DNA from: an uncultured Candidatus Sumerlaeota bacterium
GTDB lineage: Bacteria > Sumerlaeota > Sumerlaeia > MWCT01
NCBI GenBank assembly: GCA_964526215.1
Contig: CAZGKP010000001.1
Span: 1-50,306, forward strand
Direction: 5' to 3'
DNA: 50,306 nt
The notes beneath the pieces are model-generated. The model did no database searches and had not been told where the DNA came from. It was given only the letters and a program-made list of their open reading frames with translations. Both the position numbers and the translations under genes were made by a program. Position 1 is the first letter of the stretch; every line of letters starts with the position of its first letter. Shown here one piece after another: positions 16,886 through 25,296 of this stretch.

Positions 16886-17806
16886 TCAATAAAATTTCAC
16901 TTTAGGGATACGAGAGAAGCGATACAAGTCTTCACAGCGTGCGGCTAATTTCTTTATTGTAAGTGAAGCGGTGCGCCTGACACTGAAATCCTCACACACA
17001 AAAGATGCCATTACTGTGCCGACAAGCATCGCCCTGCGGAAATTGTTTTCGCACAGGCGTCTTTTCGCAGCGAGATATCCGATGAAGCCTCCCGCAAAGG
17101 TATCGCCCGCACCAGTGGGGTCTTTCAATCTTTCAAGCGGGTATGCAGGGATTGTGAAATAATCATCCTTGCTGAAGAGGAGCGCACCGTTTTTACCTTT
17201 TTTGATTATGACGTGTCCGGGACCTAATTTAAGCAGTTCCTGCGCCGCCTTTGTGAGATTGGGTGTATGGCAGAGCATATGTGCCTCATCTTCATTTACC
17301 AGAATCACATCCGAGCGCCGAAAGACCTCGATTAAGGCATCTCTGCTACCCTCAATCCAGTAATTCATCGTGTCGCACAAAACCAGTCTTGGGTTCTTCA
17401 CCTGGTCAAGGACGTGGAGCTGGAGTTTGGGATCAATGTTTGCCAGAAAGACAAACTTACTGTCGCCATAGCCTTCGGGGAGTTCGGGTTTGAAAAATTC
17501 AAAGACATTAAGGCAGGTGGAAAGGGAGTGTGCGGCAGACATATCGCCCTCATAGTAGCCCCTCCAGTGAAATGTTTTACCTCCGGGGATAATTTGTAAG
17601 CCACGCAAGTCGCACTTTTTTTTCTCCATAAGATTTATATAGGGGTTGGGGAAATCTTCCCCCACAACGCCCACAATGGCAGGCGGTGTAAAGAGGGAAG
17701 CAGCGATTCCCGCATAAGTGGCGGAGCCTCCGAGGGCTCTCTTCACCTCTCCGAAAGGCGTCTGAACGCTATCCAGTGCCACCGAGCCGACAATAAGCAG
17801 ATTCAT
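16886..17806 (-). CDS. PfkB-family carbohydrate/nucleoside kinase
   Basis: 306 aa with an N-terminal GSVALD and a C-terminal anion-hole motif DPTGAGDTFAGGF characteristic of ribokinase/PfkB kinases. Confidence 0.8.
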   Translation of the reverse strand: MNLLIVGSVALDSVQTPFGEVKRALGGSATYAGIAASLFTPPAIVGVVGEDFPNPYINLMEKKKCDLRGLQIIPGGKTFHWRGYYEGDMSAAHSLSTCLNVFEFFKPELPEGYGDSKFVFLANIDPKLQLHVLDQVKNPRLVLCDTMNYWIEGSRDALIEVFRRSDVILVNEDEAHMLCHTPNLTKAAQELLKLGPGHVIIKKGKNGALLFSKDDYFTIPAYPLERLKDPTGAGDTFAGGFIGYLAAKRRLCENNFRRAMLVGTVMASFVCEDFSVRRTASLTIKKLAARCEDLYRFSRIPKVKFY

Positions 17807-17894
17807 TCTTTCACTCCTTGCAGTGTGGTATGAGGCGAATAAGAATTCGTTGAGCCCGTTTGTCCGTTGTCCGGCTCAAAGTTGGACGTTTCGG

Positions 17895-17936
17895 TTCACA
17901 ATTCACAATTTACAACTTGCAATTTACAATTTCCAC
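17895..17936. repeat. Heptanucleotide tandem array (ttcacaa x2, tttacaa, cttgcaa, tttacaa, tttccac)
   Basis: Six in-phase heptamers. The array overlaps the last ~9 codons and the stop codon (17910-17912) of lipA. Confidence 0.85.
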
Positions 17937-18803
17937 ATCCCGGTGTGCAAGCGCAGCATCCAATGCCTCTCTTGCCATATATGAAGACCGGACAAAAGGA
18001 CCCGCCGCCACATACAGAAATCCCATCTCTCTGCCCAGCCGTGCGTATCTGTCAAATTTCTCCGGCTCTATAAATTCCCGAATTTCGTAATACCCCGCTC
18101 CCGGCGTTATGTACTGCCCGAGAGTCAGAATCTCACAACCGTTTCGGCGTAAATCACTCATTGTAGAAATGATTTCGTCAGGAGTTTCACCGAGTCCCAG
18201 CATCATTCCCGACTTCGTTACAACATCGGGCGAGAGTCTCTTTGCCGCCCGGATGAGGGATAAAGAACGTTCATAATCCGCCCCCGGACGCACAACCTCA
18301 TAGAGCCGCGGAACCGTCTCTATGTTGTGATTGAAAACATCCGGCTTGGCTGAAAGGACAGTGTCAAGGGCTTCATTACTTCCGAGAAAATCGGGCGTGA
18401 GAACCTCAATTGTGGATTCGGGCAGTCTTGCCCTCACTGCAAGGGTCGTTTTACAAATGTGTTCCGCCCCGCCATCTTTGAGGTCGTCGCGCGTAACCGA
18501 TGTCAGGACGATATGTTTGAGATTAAGTATTGCGGCAGCCTGCGCAATCCTTTCAGGTTCACAAGGGTCGGGCGGTTGGGGACGCCCTGCTTTAATAGCA
18601 CAGAAGCGGCAATTCCGCGTGCAGACCTCACCTAACAATAAGAATGTGGCGGTGCCTCTGGCAAAACACTCATTGCGGTTCGGACAGCGGGCACTGTGGC
18701 ACACGGACGATATGTGCAGAGAGGAAAGCAAATCCTCCACCTTGCGATTTTGCCTCGCGAAGATGTGCGATTTCCTTAAATACTGTGGAAAATGTGATGC
18801 CAC
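17910..18803 (-). CDS. lipA: Lipoyl synthase
   Basis: 297 aa with the auxiliary cluster motif CHSARCPNRNEC and the radical-SAM motif CTRNCRFC, plus overall LipA-like length and order. Confidence 0.9.
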   Translation of the reverse strand: MASHFPQYLRKSHIFARQNRKVEDLLSSLHISSVCHSARCPNRNECFARGTATFLLLGEVCTRNCRFCAIKAGRPQPPDPCEPERIAQAAAILNLKHIVLTSVTRDDLKDGGAEHICKTTLAVRARLPESTIEVLTPDFLGSNEALDTVLSAKPDVFNHNIETVPRLYEVVRPGADYERSLSLIRAAKRLSPDVVTKSGMMLGLGETPDEIISTMSDLRRNGCEILTLGQYITPGAGYYEIREFIEPEKFDRYARLGREMGFLYVAAGPFVRSSYMAREALDAALAHRDVEIVNCKL

Positions 18804-18911
18804 CTGATTTTGACTTGTAAAAGTCTAAAGTTCTATATCTGGATTTGGGTATATTTTTTTACCTTTCCTCCGTTTCAAATGAACAAAAAATATGGCGGAT
18901 TACTACGGTAG

Positions 18912-19257
18912 TAACGAGCTACGCTTTTTTCAAGACTCTTCTTGAAAAAAGAATATAAAATTAAAGACCGACAATTAAAAATTATCAATGTCTATTCTGA
19001 AATTTATTTTCAACTGTAAGTTGTCTCCGCAGCAGCGAACTAATTTGATGATAAATCAACATCTATAAAATGTTGTAGAGCTATGCCCCCTAAGCGCCTA
19101 TGTTTTTTCAGGACTTTGCTTGAAAAAAGAAATGAAAAGTAAAAATATAAAAGGTAAAAGGTATTGTCCCAGAGACTGATTAATTTTATCTTGTCAGTTG
19201 TCAGTTTTAGATTTTAGATTGCTGGCTTTGTAACATCTACAAAATGTTGTAGATGTT
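18912..19257. repeat. Two degenerate ~175-bp tandem units, each carrying two palindromic hairpins
   Basis: Palindrome A: ttttttcaagactcttcttgaaaaaa (18925-18950) and ttttttcaggactttgcttgaaaaaa (19103-19128). Element B: aacatctataaaatgttgtaga (19058-19079) and aacatctacaaaatgttgtaga (19232-19253). The second B copy folds as a perfect 10-bp stem (19232-19241/19248-19257). A-to-A spacing is 178 nt and B-to-B spacing is 174 nt. Confidence 0.75.
19191..19225. repeat. Heptanucleotide tandem array (ttgtcag x2, ttttaga x2, ttgctgg)
   Basis: Five in-phase heptamers read directly. A related array caatttc cactcgt caatttg caatttt lies at 19476-19503, 20 nt from the stop of the 19523 gene. Confidence 0.85.
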
Positions 19258-19522
19258 CGCACCTTAAGGGTGCTAAAACTTCTTCAGGGCACGCCTTAAT
19301 TGTCAAATCTTTTTTGGTGACGTTACGGAGCAGTCTTCATAATTCGCCAGGGCGAATTCACCACGCCGAATCTCCGATCTCCAATCTACCAAAGGGATGA
19401 AAATGCGCTCCTGCGTTCGTTTCACGATACGCATCGGGCACGGGCATGGACACGAATTTTCCAACTATCAACGGACAATTTCCACTCGTCAATTTGCAAT
19501 TTTTGCCGGAGGTTGTGAGGGG

Positions 19523-20425
19523 CTATTTCAGGAGGGATTCGACTGTTTCCCAGTCGGGAGCGAATTCTGCACCTTTCGGCACGCCCTTCTTTTTTGAGCT
19601 GATGATGATGGCTCGTATTCCTTTTGCGACATAAGCCTTTGCGTTGCTCTTTTTATGTGTGATACCCGCCACAATCTTCGGGAATACTTTTTTTAATTCA
19701 GCGACTGTGTCGCATCTGAATTTCTCTATCGGGATTGGAGAGATGCCTCGATTTTTGAACAAGATTGGGCAAAGTGGGAATTCCTTGATGCGCATCCACC
19801 GTTGCATACGCTCAGCAAATCTGTCGTTGCAGGCTGTGAGGAAGATGAGGTTGCAGCGGTATGAGAGGCGCATCAGACTCGTGGGGGCGCCCGCCACGGT
19901 CGGCACTTTCTCGGGTGGGGTGGCGAGAAATCTCCCCGGAGAGATATTGGCTATGGTGCGGTCAATATCACAGATAATTATGGGACGTTTGGAATCAAAG
20001 ACGAATAATCTGCCGGTAGATTTTGCGGGGGCGAATCGCCCGGAGCCGCGGTATTTGACTGTGTATTCAGTCAGCCCCGGTTCCTCCGGCACATCAAAGA
20101 GTATAGAGGCGATACCGTTGTCGTTTGTGGTAGCTGTGCCGAGAATGGCAAATCGCCCCTTGAATGAGAGGGGTTCTCCTTTTACGCTGCGTCTGATGCC
20201 CAAAAACCCCTTGCACTCGAGTTTTGCCCGAAGCCATACCTTTTTACCGGGTGTGGCGATTGCGTCATTGGTGATTATGTTGACAGGCTTTGCACCGGCA
20301 CAGCAGAGTTTCCCCATAGTTGAGAAAAAACATAACACTATCAACAAGAAGAGTTTTGTGCGAGAGGGAACGGGCATTGTTTTTTTACGGAGAATGAACC
20401 ATAATGCACCGGGTGAAACGGGCAT
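19523..20425 (-). CDS. Secreted or lipid-anchored protein with a C-terminal HAD-like (DxDxT) domain
   Basis: 300-aa ORF with a signal-like segment LFLLIVLCFFSTMGKLCCAGA, HAD motif I-like IICDIDRTIANI and motif II-like LIFLTACN. The later HAD motifs are not clear. TAATG overlap with the upstream gene. Confidence 0.5.
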   Translation of the reverse strand: MPVSPGALWFILRKKTMPVPSRTKLFLLIVLCFFSTMGKLCCAGAKPVNIITNDAIATPGKKVWLRAKLECKGFLGIRRSVKGEPLSFKGRFAILGTATTNDNGIASILFDVPEEPGLTEYTVKYRGSGRFAPAKSTGRLFVFDSKRPIIICDIDRTIANISPGRFLATPPEKVPTVAGAPTSLMRLSYRCNLIFLTACNDRFAERMQRWMRIKEFPLCPILFKNRGISPIPIEKFRCDTVAELKKVFPKIVAGITHKKSNAKAYVAKGIRAIIISSKKKGVPKGAEFAPDWETVESLLK

Positions 20426-21378
20426 TATTTTCCCTCCGGTTCGGGATGTTTCTCCTTTTGAGAGATTTCGTCTTTGCGAGGTTTTTCGGTGGATTTTCCC
20501 CGTTTGTCCTTTGTGGATTTTGAGCGGGTTACGAGGGGGGCGGGATGTGCATTGGGAGATGGAACGGATTTCTTTTTCACCTCAGTGGGAATCTTTGGTT
20601 TTTGTGTTTTTTTCTCTGATTGTTTCTCTTTGACATTTTTTTCTGGCGGAGGCTTCTTTTCGGGTGTGAGGTCTTTCTGAGTGGATGGCTGAGGTTCAAT
20701 TTTCTCGGCGGGGGTGGGTTGTTTTTCAGGTAAAGTCTCCATTTCTTTCAAGAGTTCCCGTTCATTTTCGGGTAATTGTTCGAGTTGCAGGGGCTGTTCA
20801 ATCTCGGTGGGATAATGGGCTGTATATTTTCTTACTCGTGCGAGGTCATCATTCTGAGGGTCGAGAGTGAAGAATCCCGCGGCAAAGTCGAGGATTTCGG
20901 TTGGATAAATCCCCGCCTCAAAACCCGGCAGGATGCCGGCTTGAATCTCTGCATTGACAGATAGAGGATGTCCGCGCCCATCGCCCCAGAAGATATTATT
21001 TCTGATGATGCCGCGTTCCTGAAAATTCATCCAGGGTGTATCGGGTTCGAGGAAATAGTCTCCCCAGACGGATTCGTTTTCGATTGAGGTGAAATATGCG
21101 AGGCTGATGCCTCCCTCGGCTCGGCGCTCTTTCCAGACGCCAATGGCGCGCCTATCAAGCCCGAAGTGTTCGCCCTCGAAATAAATCGCCCCGATTTGTG
21201 CAAGTCCGGTTGCGCGTGCCCGAAAGCCAAATCCTTTTGCATTCCTTGCCGCACTTATACGCAATAGAAAAATATCCAGGAAATCAGCCCCCCGGTCGCG
21301 GAAGTAAGTCAGCACACTTCCCCGGGCGCTGACCGTCATTGCAAAAATAACCGCTATAACCCATAAACGTTTACGCAT
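20425..21378 (-). CDS. Hypothetical secreted protein with a ~120-aa Lys/Glu/Pro-rich disordered tail
   Basis: 317 aa with a signal peptide MRKRLWVIAVIFAMTVSARG, a ~190-aa Gly/aromatic-rich domain, and then EKQPTPAEKIEPQPSTQKDLTPEKKPPPEKNVKEKQSEKKTQKPK... Confidence 0.55.
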   Translation of the reverse strand: MRKRLWVIAVIFAMTVSARGSVLTYFRDRGADFLDIFLLRISAARNAKGFGFRARATGLAQIGAIYFEGEHFGLDRRAIGVWKERRAEGGISLAYFTSIENESVWGDYFLEPDTPWMNFQERGIIRNNIFWGDGRGHPLSVNAEIQAGILPGFEAGIYPTEILDFAAGFFTLDPQNDDLARVRKYTAHYPTEIEQPLQLEQLPENERELLKEMETLPEKQPTPAEKIEPQPSTQKDLTPEKKPPPEKNVKEKQSEKKTQKPKIPTEVKKKSVPSPNAHPAPLVTRSKSTKDKRGKSTEKPRKDEISQKEKHPEPEGK

Positions 21379-21466
21379 ACTTCATAACTCCTTTCCTTCC
21401 ATTTCGGGCAGAGATAAAGAAATCGCCATCAACTTGACGAGAAAATTCATAATGATACACTTATGA

Positions 21467-23140
21467 TTATTCAACCTTAAGGATTACGAGCGTAAAGTCA
21501 TCAAATGGCTCGGTGCCACTGCGGAAATCAAGACAGGTCTGGTATATGAAATCACGAATCTCCTGCGCGGGGCATTGGAGTTTGGAGCGAATCGCAACTT
21601 TGAGTCGCTCAAGTCCGAAAATCTCCCCGGAGGCATTCATTGTATCGGTCACGCCATCGGTGTAAAGAACAAGGGTCTGCCCCGATTTCAGGCGGATGGT
21701 CTGTGCCTTATATTCCACATTTTCCATAATCCCCAGAAAACAGCCACCGGTCTGGAGTCGCCTCACTTTGCCGTAATCGAAGAGCAGGGGATAGGAATGC
21801 CCGGCATTGGTGTATTGGAAAATCTTTTTCGCCGGGTCGAGGATGCCATAGACTATTGTTACGAACATATCATTGGTGGCGTCGCGGCACGTCATCTGGT
21901 TCATTTTTGAGACCACGGAGGTAACGATCGCATCTTTTTGTTGAGCGACAATCTGGAGTGTGGCGCGAATGGTGGCGAGCAAAAGAGCCGCTGGCACACC
22001 CTTGCCGGAAACATCCGCAATTGCAATTGCATAGCGTCCCTCTGCCAGTTGTATAAAATCGTAATAATCGCCACCGACCTTTTTGGCAGGGAGGCTCATC
22101 GCCGAGATGTCAAATCCGTCTAATGCGGGATATACCTTTGGCAGGAGATTCATCTGGATGGTGCGGGCAATTTCCATCTCCTTTTCAAGTTTGTGCTGTT
22201 CGACCAGACGGGTGTGGAGTTTTGCATTTGCGATAGCCATCGCCGCCTGGTTTGCGATGCCGGTCAAGAGTTCCAGTTCCCCCTTGCTGTAGGATACAAT
22301 GCGGCTCTGTGTATCCACATAAATCACGCCAAGGATTTCATCCTTATAGATTAAGGGCGAACAGATTGCGGAGCGGATTTTGTTAAGGATAACGCTCTCG
22401 GATGCGCTGAAACGGCGGTCGGTGGCGGCATCGGACACGAGGATGGATATGCGGTCTCGCAGACACTGGTCAACGATGGTGCTTGAGATGGTGATTTCTT
22501 CTTCATCGGGGCTTCGCTTCTTAATCGTCCTGGGGATGAGTTCGTGGGTGTGTTCATCGCGAAGCATAATGAAGCCACGGTCAGGTTGAATCACATTATA
22601 GATAATGTTCATAATCTGTTCAAGGAGTTCATCGAGGTCAAGGATATTGCGAATGGCGTCTGCGACCTGATACAGGATTGCGAGGCGTTTGTGGGAGTCC
22701 TTGAGTGATTCGGGTTTAGGTGGTGTGACCTTGAGTTCAAGGGAAGGTTGGGAGCCTGCGGCAATTGTTCCGCGCGTGGTGCCCCAGTCAAGGTCCTCGA
22801 TAATTTTAACCGAGCGAGATGTGGTATCGGTTACGAGGCTACTGTCTTCGGGACCGGATTCATAAATCAGCGTGGTTTCCCCCACCTTTATCCTATCGCC
22901 GTTTTTGAGGAGGGTATCTTTTGTAATGGGGTTTTCATTGATGAAGCTACCGTTTTTGCTATCGAGGTCGTGGAAGAAGTATTTGCCATCCCGGAGAGAA
23001 ACCTCGGCGTGCCTGCGCGAAATCTTACGGTCTATAATCTGGATGCTATTAGATATACTGCGCCCCACACTGACTAAAGGGACGGATAAAGGAAATATCA
23101 TCCCGCCATCCACGCCCGATTCAACAACGAGACGAGCCAT
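21467..23140 (-). CDS. FHA - GAF - PP2C/SpoIIE-type serine phosphatase (RsbU-like)
   Basis: 557 aa with FHA (VSVGRSISNSIQIIDRKISRRHAEV...DLDSKNGSFIN), a central GAF-like region, and SpoIIE/PP2C motifs (GGDYYDF, IADVSGKGVPAALL, LYTDGVTD). Confidence 0.85.
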   Translation of the reverse strand: MARLVVESGVDGGMIFPLSVPLVSVGRSISNSIQIIDRKISRRHAEVSLRDGKYFFHDLDSKNGSFINENPITKDTLLKNGDRIKVGETTLIYESGPEDSSLVTDTTSRSVKIIEDLDWGTTRGTIAAGSQPSLELKVTPPKPESLKDSHKRLAILYQVADAIRNILDLDELLEQIMNIIYNVIQPDRGFIMLRDEHTHELIPRTIKKRSPDEEEITISSTIVDQCLRDRISILVSDAATDRRFSASESVILNKIRSAICSPLIYKDEILGVIYVDTQSRIVSYSKGELELLTGIANQAAMAIANAKLHTRLVEQHKLEKEMEIARTIQMNLLPKVYPALDGFDISAMSLPAKKVGGDYYDFIQLAEGRYAIAIADVSGKGVPAALLLATIRATLQIVAQQKDAIVTSVVSKMNQMTCRDATNDMFVTIVYGILDPAKKIFQYTNAGHSYPLLFDYGKVRRLQTGGCFLGIMENVEYKAQTIRLKSGQTLVLYTDGVTDTMNASGEIFGLERLKVAIRSKLQCPAQEIRDFIYQTCLDFRSGTEPFDDFTLVILKVE

Positions 23141-23204
23141 TTTTCACTCACCCTATCGAAAATACATCCACAAATAACGGCGAAGATTGCTAAAGAACAA
23201 GATG

Positions 23205-23234
23205 AATATATTCAAGAGACCGTTTAGGTGTCAA
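23205..23234 (-). promoter_or_regulatory. Sigma70-like promoter for the FHA-GAF-PP2C gene
   Basis: On the minus strand, TTGACA (23234-23229), an 18-nt spacer, then TATATT (23210-23205), ~60 nt upstream of the ATG at 23140. Confidence 0.3.
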
Positions 23235-23930
23235 GCAGATTCATCGGCACAGATTGATTAACACAGGCATATTCCGCCCCACCTTTATTGAGCAAAGGGG
23301 GGTCATTCATGATAAGTATCCGTCAAGGAGAAAAGGAGATTCTCCTGACGACTTTGGGTCTTTCTTTCTTCCCCCCTTGCTTTATTGTTTCAAGAACTCC
23401 CTGCTGAGGTGCTCCCCATAAGCTGGACAGAAATGAGGCAAGTTTAAGGTGGTCCCCAGGTCAATTTCAATCCGTACGCCTGAGGTGCATTTACAACATA
23501 TTTCCATAACCTCATCTTGGTCAATCATAAAATCATTTTTCGGCTCTTTTCCGCCTCAGGTCAAAGACGCGCCATGGCGGGCGGATTACGTCCCGAGTCC
23601 GACTCCTTCGACCACTAACCGACGCAGAGTCTCTTTGTTTCCGATGCGCTTGACGGCGCCGTATACGATTCTCATAATCACTTCTCCTCAGTAATAGGGC
23701 CCGGTCAACTTTGTTATGCGGACTGTAAATATCTTTCCTTATTGATTTACTTTAACGTTTTTTACGCTTCTTTATTAACCGAGTATTGAGGTAACGTCAA
23801 GGAAGACGAGGTATGTTCAATCTGCCATAGAGCGGGAGGTGAAAAAAGGTTTGCATTTGGAGGGGAGATAAAAGTAAATTAAACTGTCTTTTAGATAAAC
23901 CGCTTGAGGTGCCTGAAAGGAAACTCTCCG

Positions 23931-24467
23931 ATGCACACCGAAATGATTGTTACTGGTCGCATCTGGGTCATTGCCGAACCGGATGGGAATCTCATAAACG
24001 ATATAGATACTGACCAGATTTTCCACAATGCCCACCTTGCCGTAACTGATATAGCCGAGATGGGAAAGTTCGCCTTCGGGAATCTTGAGGGATGGAAGGA
24101 TTTCCCGCAAAAGGCGCGCTCCGGTGATATAATTGTAGTGGGTAAAAATTTTGGAGCCGGTTCGTCTCGCCAGCAGGCGGTTGATTGTTTCCGTTCTCTG
24201 GGTATCGCGCTCATTATGGGGGAATCATTCGGCGCTATATATAAACGCAATGCCATAAATTCGGGTTTTGCGCTGATGACGTGCCCCAACATCGGCGCTT
24301 CGGGTCTAAAAAGCGGCGATGTCATCGAGGTGAATTTCCAGACCGGCGAAATCCGCGGCAAAGACGATTGCTCGGTGCACATAAATTGTGAGCCGTTCAG
24401 CGATGTGCAATTGGAGATATATAAAGCGGGAAACCTATTTGCCTATGGCAGGAGATTGGAGGTATAA
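23931..24467 (+). CDS. Aconitase-family small subunit (LeuD-like swivel domain, 3-isopropylmalate/homoaconitate dehydratase type)
   Basis: The ORF is open from TTG 23904, and ATG 23931 follows AAAGGAAA. It has LeuD hallmarks DIDTDQIF and GKNFGAGSSRQQAV. No large subunit is present anywhere in the window. Confidence 0.75.
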   Translation: MHTEMIVTGRIWVIAEPDGNLINDIDTDQIFHNAHLAVTDIAEMGKFAFGNLEGWKDFPQKARSGDIIVVGKNFGAGSSRQQAVDCFRSLGIALIMGESFGAIYKRNAINSGFALMTCPNIGASGLKSGDVIEVNFQTGEIRGKDDCSVHINCEPFSDVQLEIYKAGNLFAYGRRLEV

Positions 24468-24468
24468 A

Positions 24469-25044
24469 ATGAGGCGTCTTGTTCTGTTATTGGTGTGTGT
24501 GATGGTGCTTTGGGGTTGCGCAAATATTATGCGCTACGAGTATCGCTACCGCGTTTTTTACGGCGTTGAGCTTGAAGGGAAGGAGAAACTCTCGACGGAG
24601 GAGTTTTCAAAACTCTTTTATCCAATCGGGAGTCTGAATCAGGCGATGGATATGTTCGGCGAGGAGGGCTTTGAACTGTATGACTATCAGCGACTGGGTC
24701 AGGGGCACAATTACATATTCAAGTTTCGCCGCGCGACAAAGTGGCGGGCAAAGAAGGTGCTCCCCGCACGGCAGATTTACGGCATCTATCAGGTAAGTGC
24801 GGGCAAAACCCCCACATTGCTCGCCGTGTTGCCCACGCCCGAAGGTGTTGAGGTGGTAAAATTGGGCGATGTCGAAGACCGCTTCCCCGCACGCCTCGAA
24901 AACGGTGAAGTGATTTACAAAACCCCTGCAGGCGAGGTTACGCTATCTTTCACAACCGAGGACGGACTGAACCAAAAGGTGAAAAAGGTCAATGGCGACA
25001 CAATCGTGATAAAAAATTACAGGGGAAAGAGATATAAGAAATGA
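24469..25044 (+). CDS. Hypothetical lipoprotein
   Basis: An in-frame ATG at 24469 lies 1 nt after the LeuD-like stop and is preceded by GGAGATTGGAGG. It has a lipobox-type signal MRRLVLLLVCVMVLWGC. The longer track ORF (24388) would overlap the LeuD-like gene. Confidence 0.65.
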   Translation: MRRLVLLLVCVMVLWGCANIMRYEYRYRVFYGVELEGKEKLSTEEFSKLFYPIGSLNQAMDMFGEEGFELYDYQRLGQGHNYIFKFRRATKWRAKKVLPARQIYGIYQVSAGKTPTLLAVLPTPEGVEVVKLGDVEDRFPARLENGEVIYKTPAGEVTLSFTTEDGLNQKVKKVNGDTIVIKNYRGKRYKK

Positions 25045-25296
25045 TGTAATATGGCTCTTTGAAAGGAAAGCCAGCTTAGAGAAGATGCAAGCAAGTAAAA
25101 AGCTAAAACAGATAACTGACAATTTAAAATGCTTGAGGGGTTAGTTTTCGCCTCCATAATTGTACCGTTAATAGCATCGGTATTTACATCCGCCTCCAGT
25201 ATATTCATTTATTTATTGTCAGTTGTCCGTTTTATCCGCCTCATGCGGATTCAATTGAGTGAAGGGGAATTTTTCGGGCGGCTAAATTGCTACAAA

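Noticed and set aside
18912-19257. Possible CRISPR array, because of repeated palindromic elements in a long non-coding stretch.
   Set aside because: There are only two copies of each element, the period is ~175 bp instead of ~60-70 bp, the 'spacers' share homology, and no cas genes are in the window.
19644-20633. 329-aa plus-strand ORF.
   Set aside because: It is antisense to two well-supported, translationally coupled minus-strand genes and spans their junction. It has no motifs and an odd composition, so it is a typical shadow ORF.
23446-23457. AAGGTGGTCCCC resembles the T-box riboswitch core (GGGTGGTACC), upstream of the LeuD-like gene.
   Set aside because: It lies ~480 nt from the start codon, and I could find no AGAGA/GNUGGA elements, specifier loop or terminator/antiterminator pair. 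The partial 12-nt match is not significant.
25129-25296. Longer N-terminal extension of the glycoside hydrolase ORF (start at 25129).
   Set aside because: The segment contains the intergenic heptamer words and a perfect hairpin, and a canonical signal peptide begins at the internal Met (25297).
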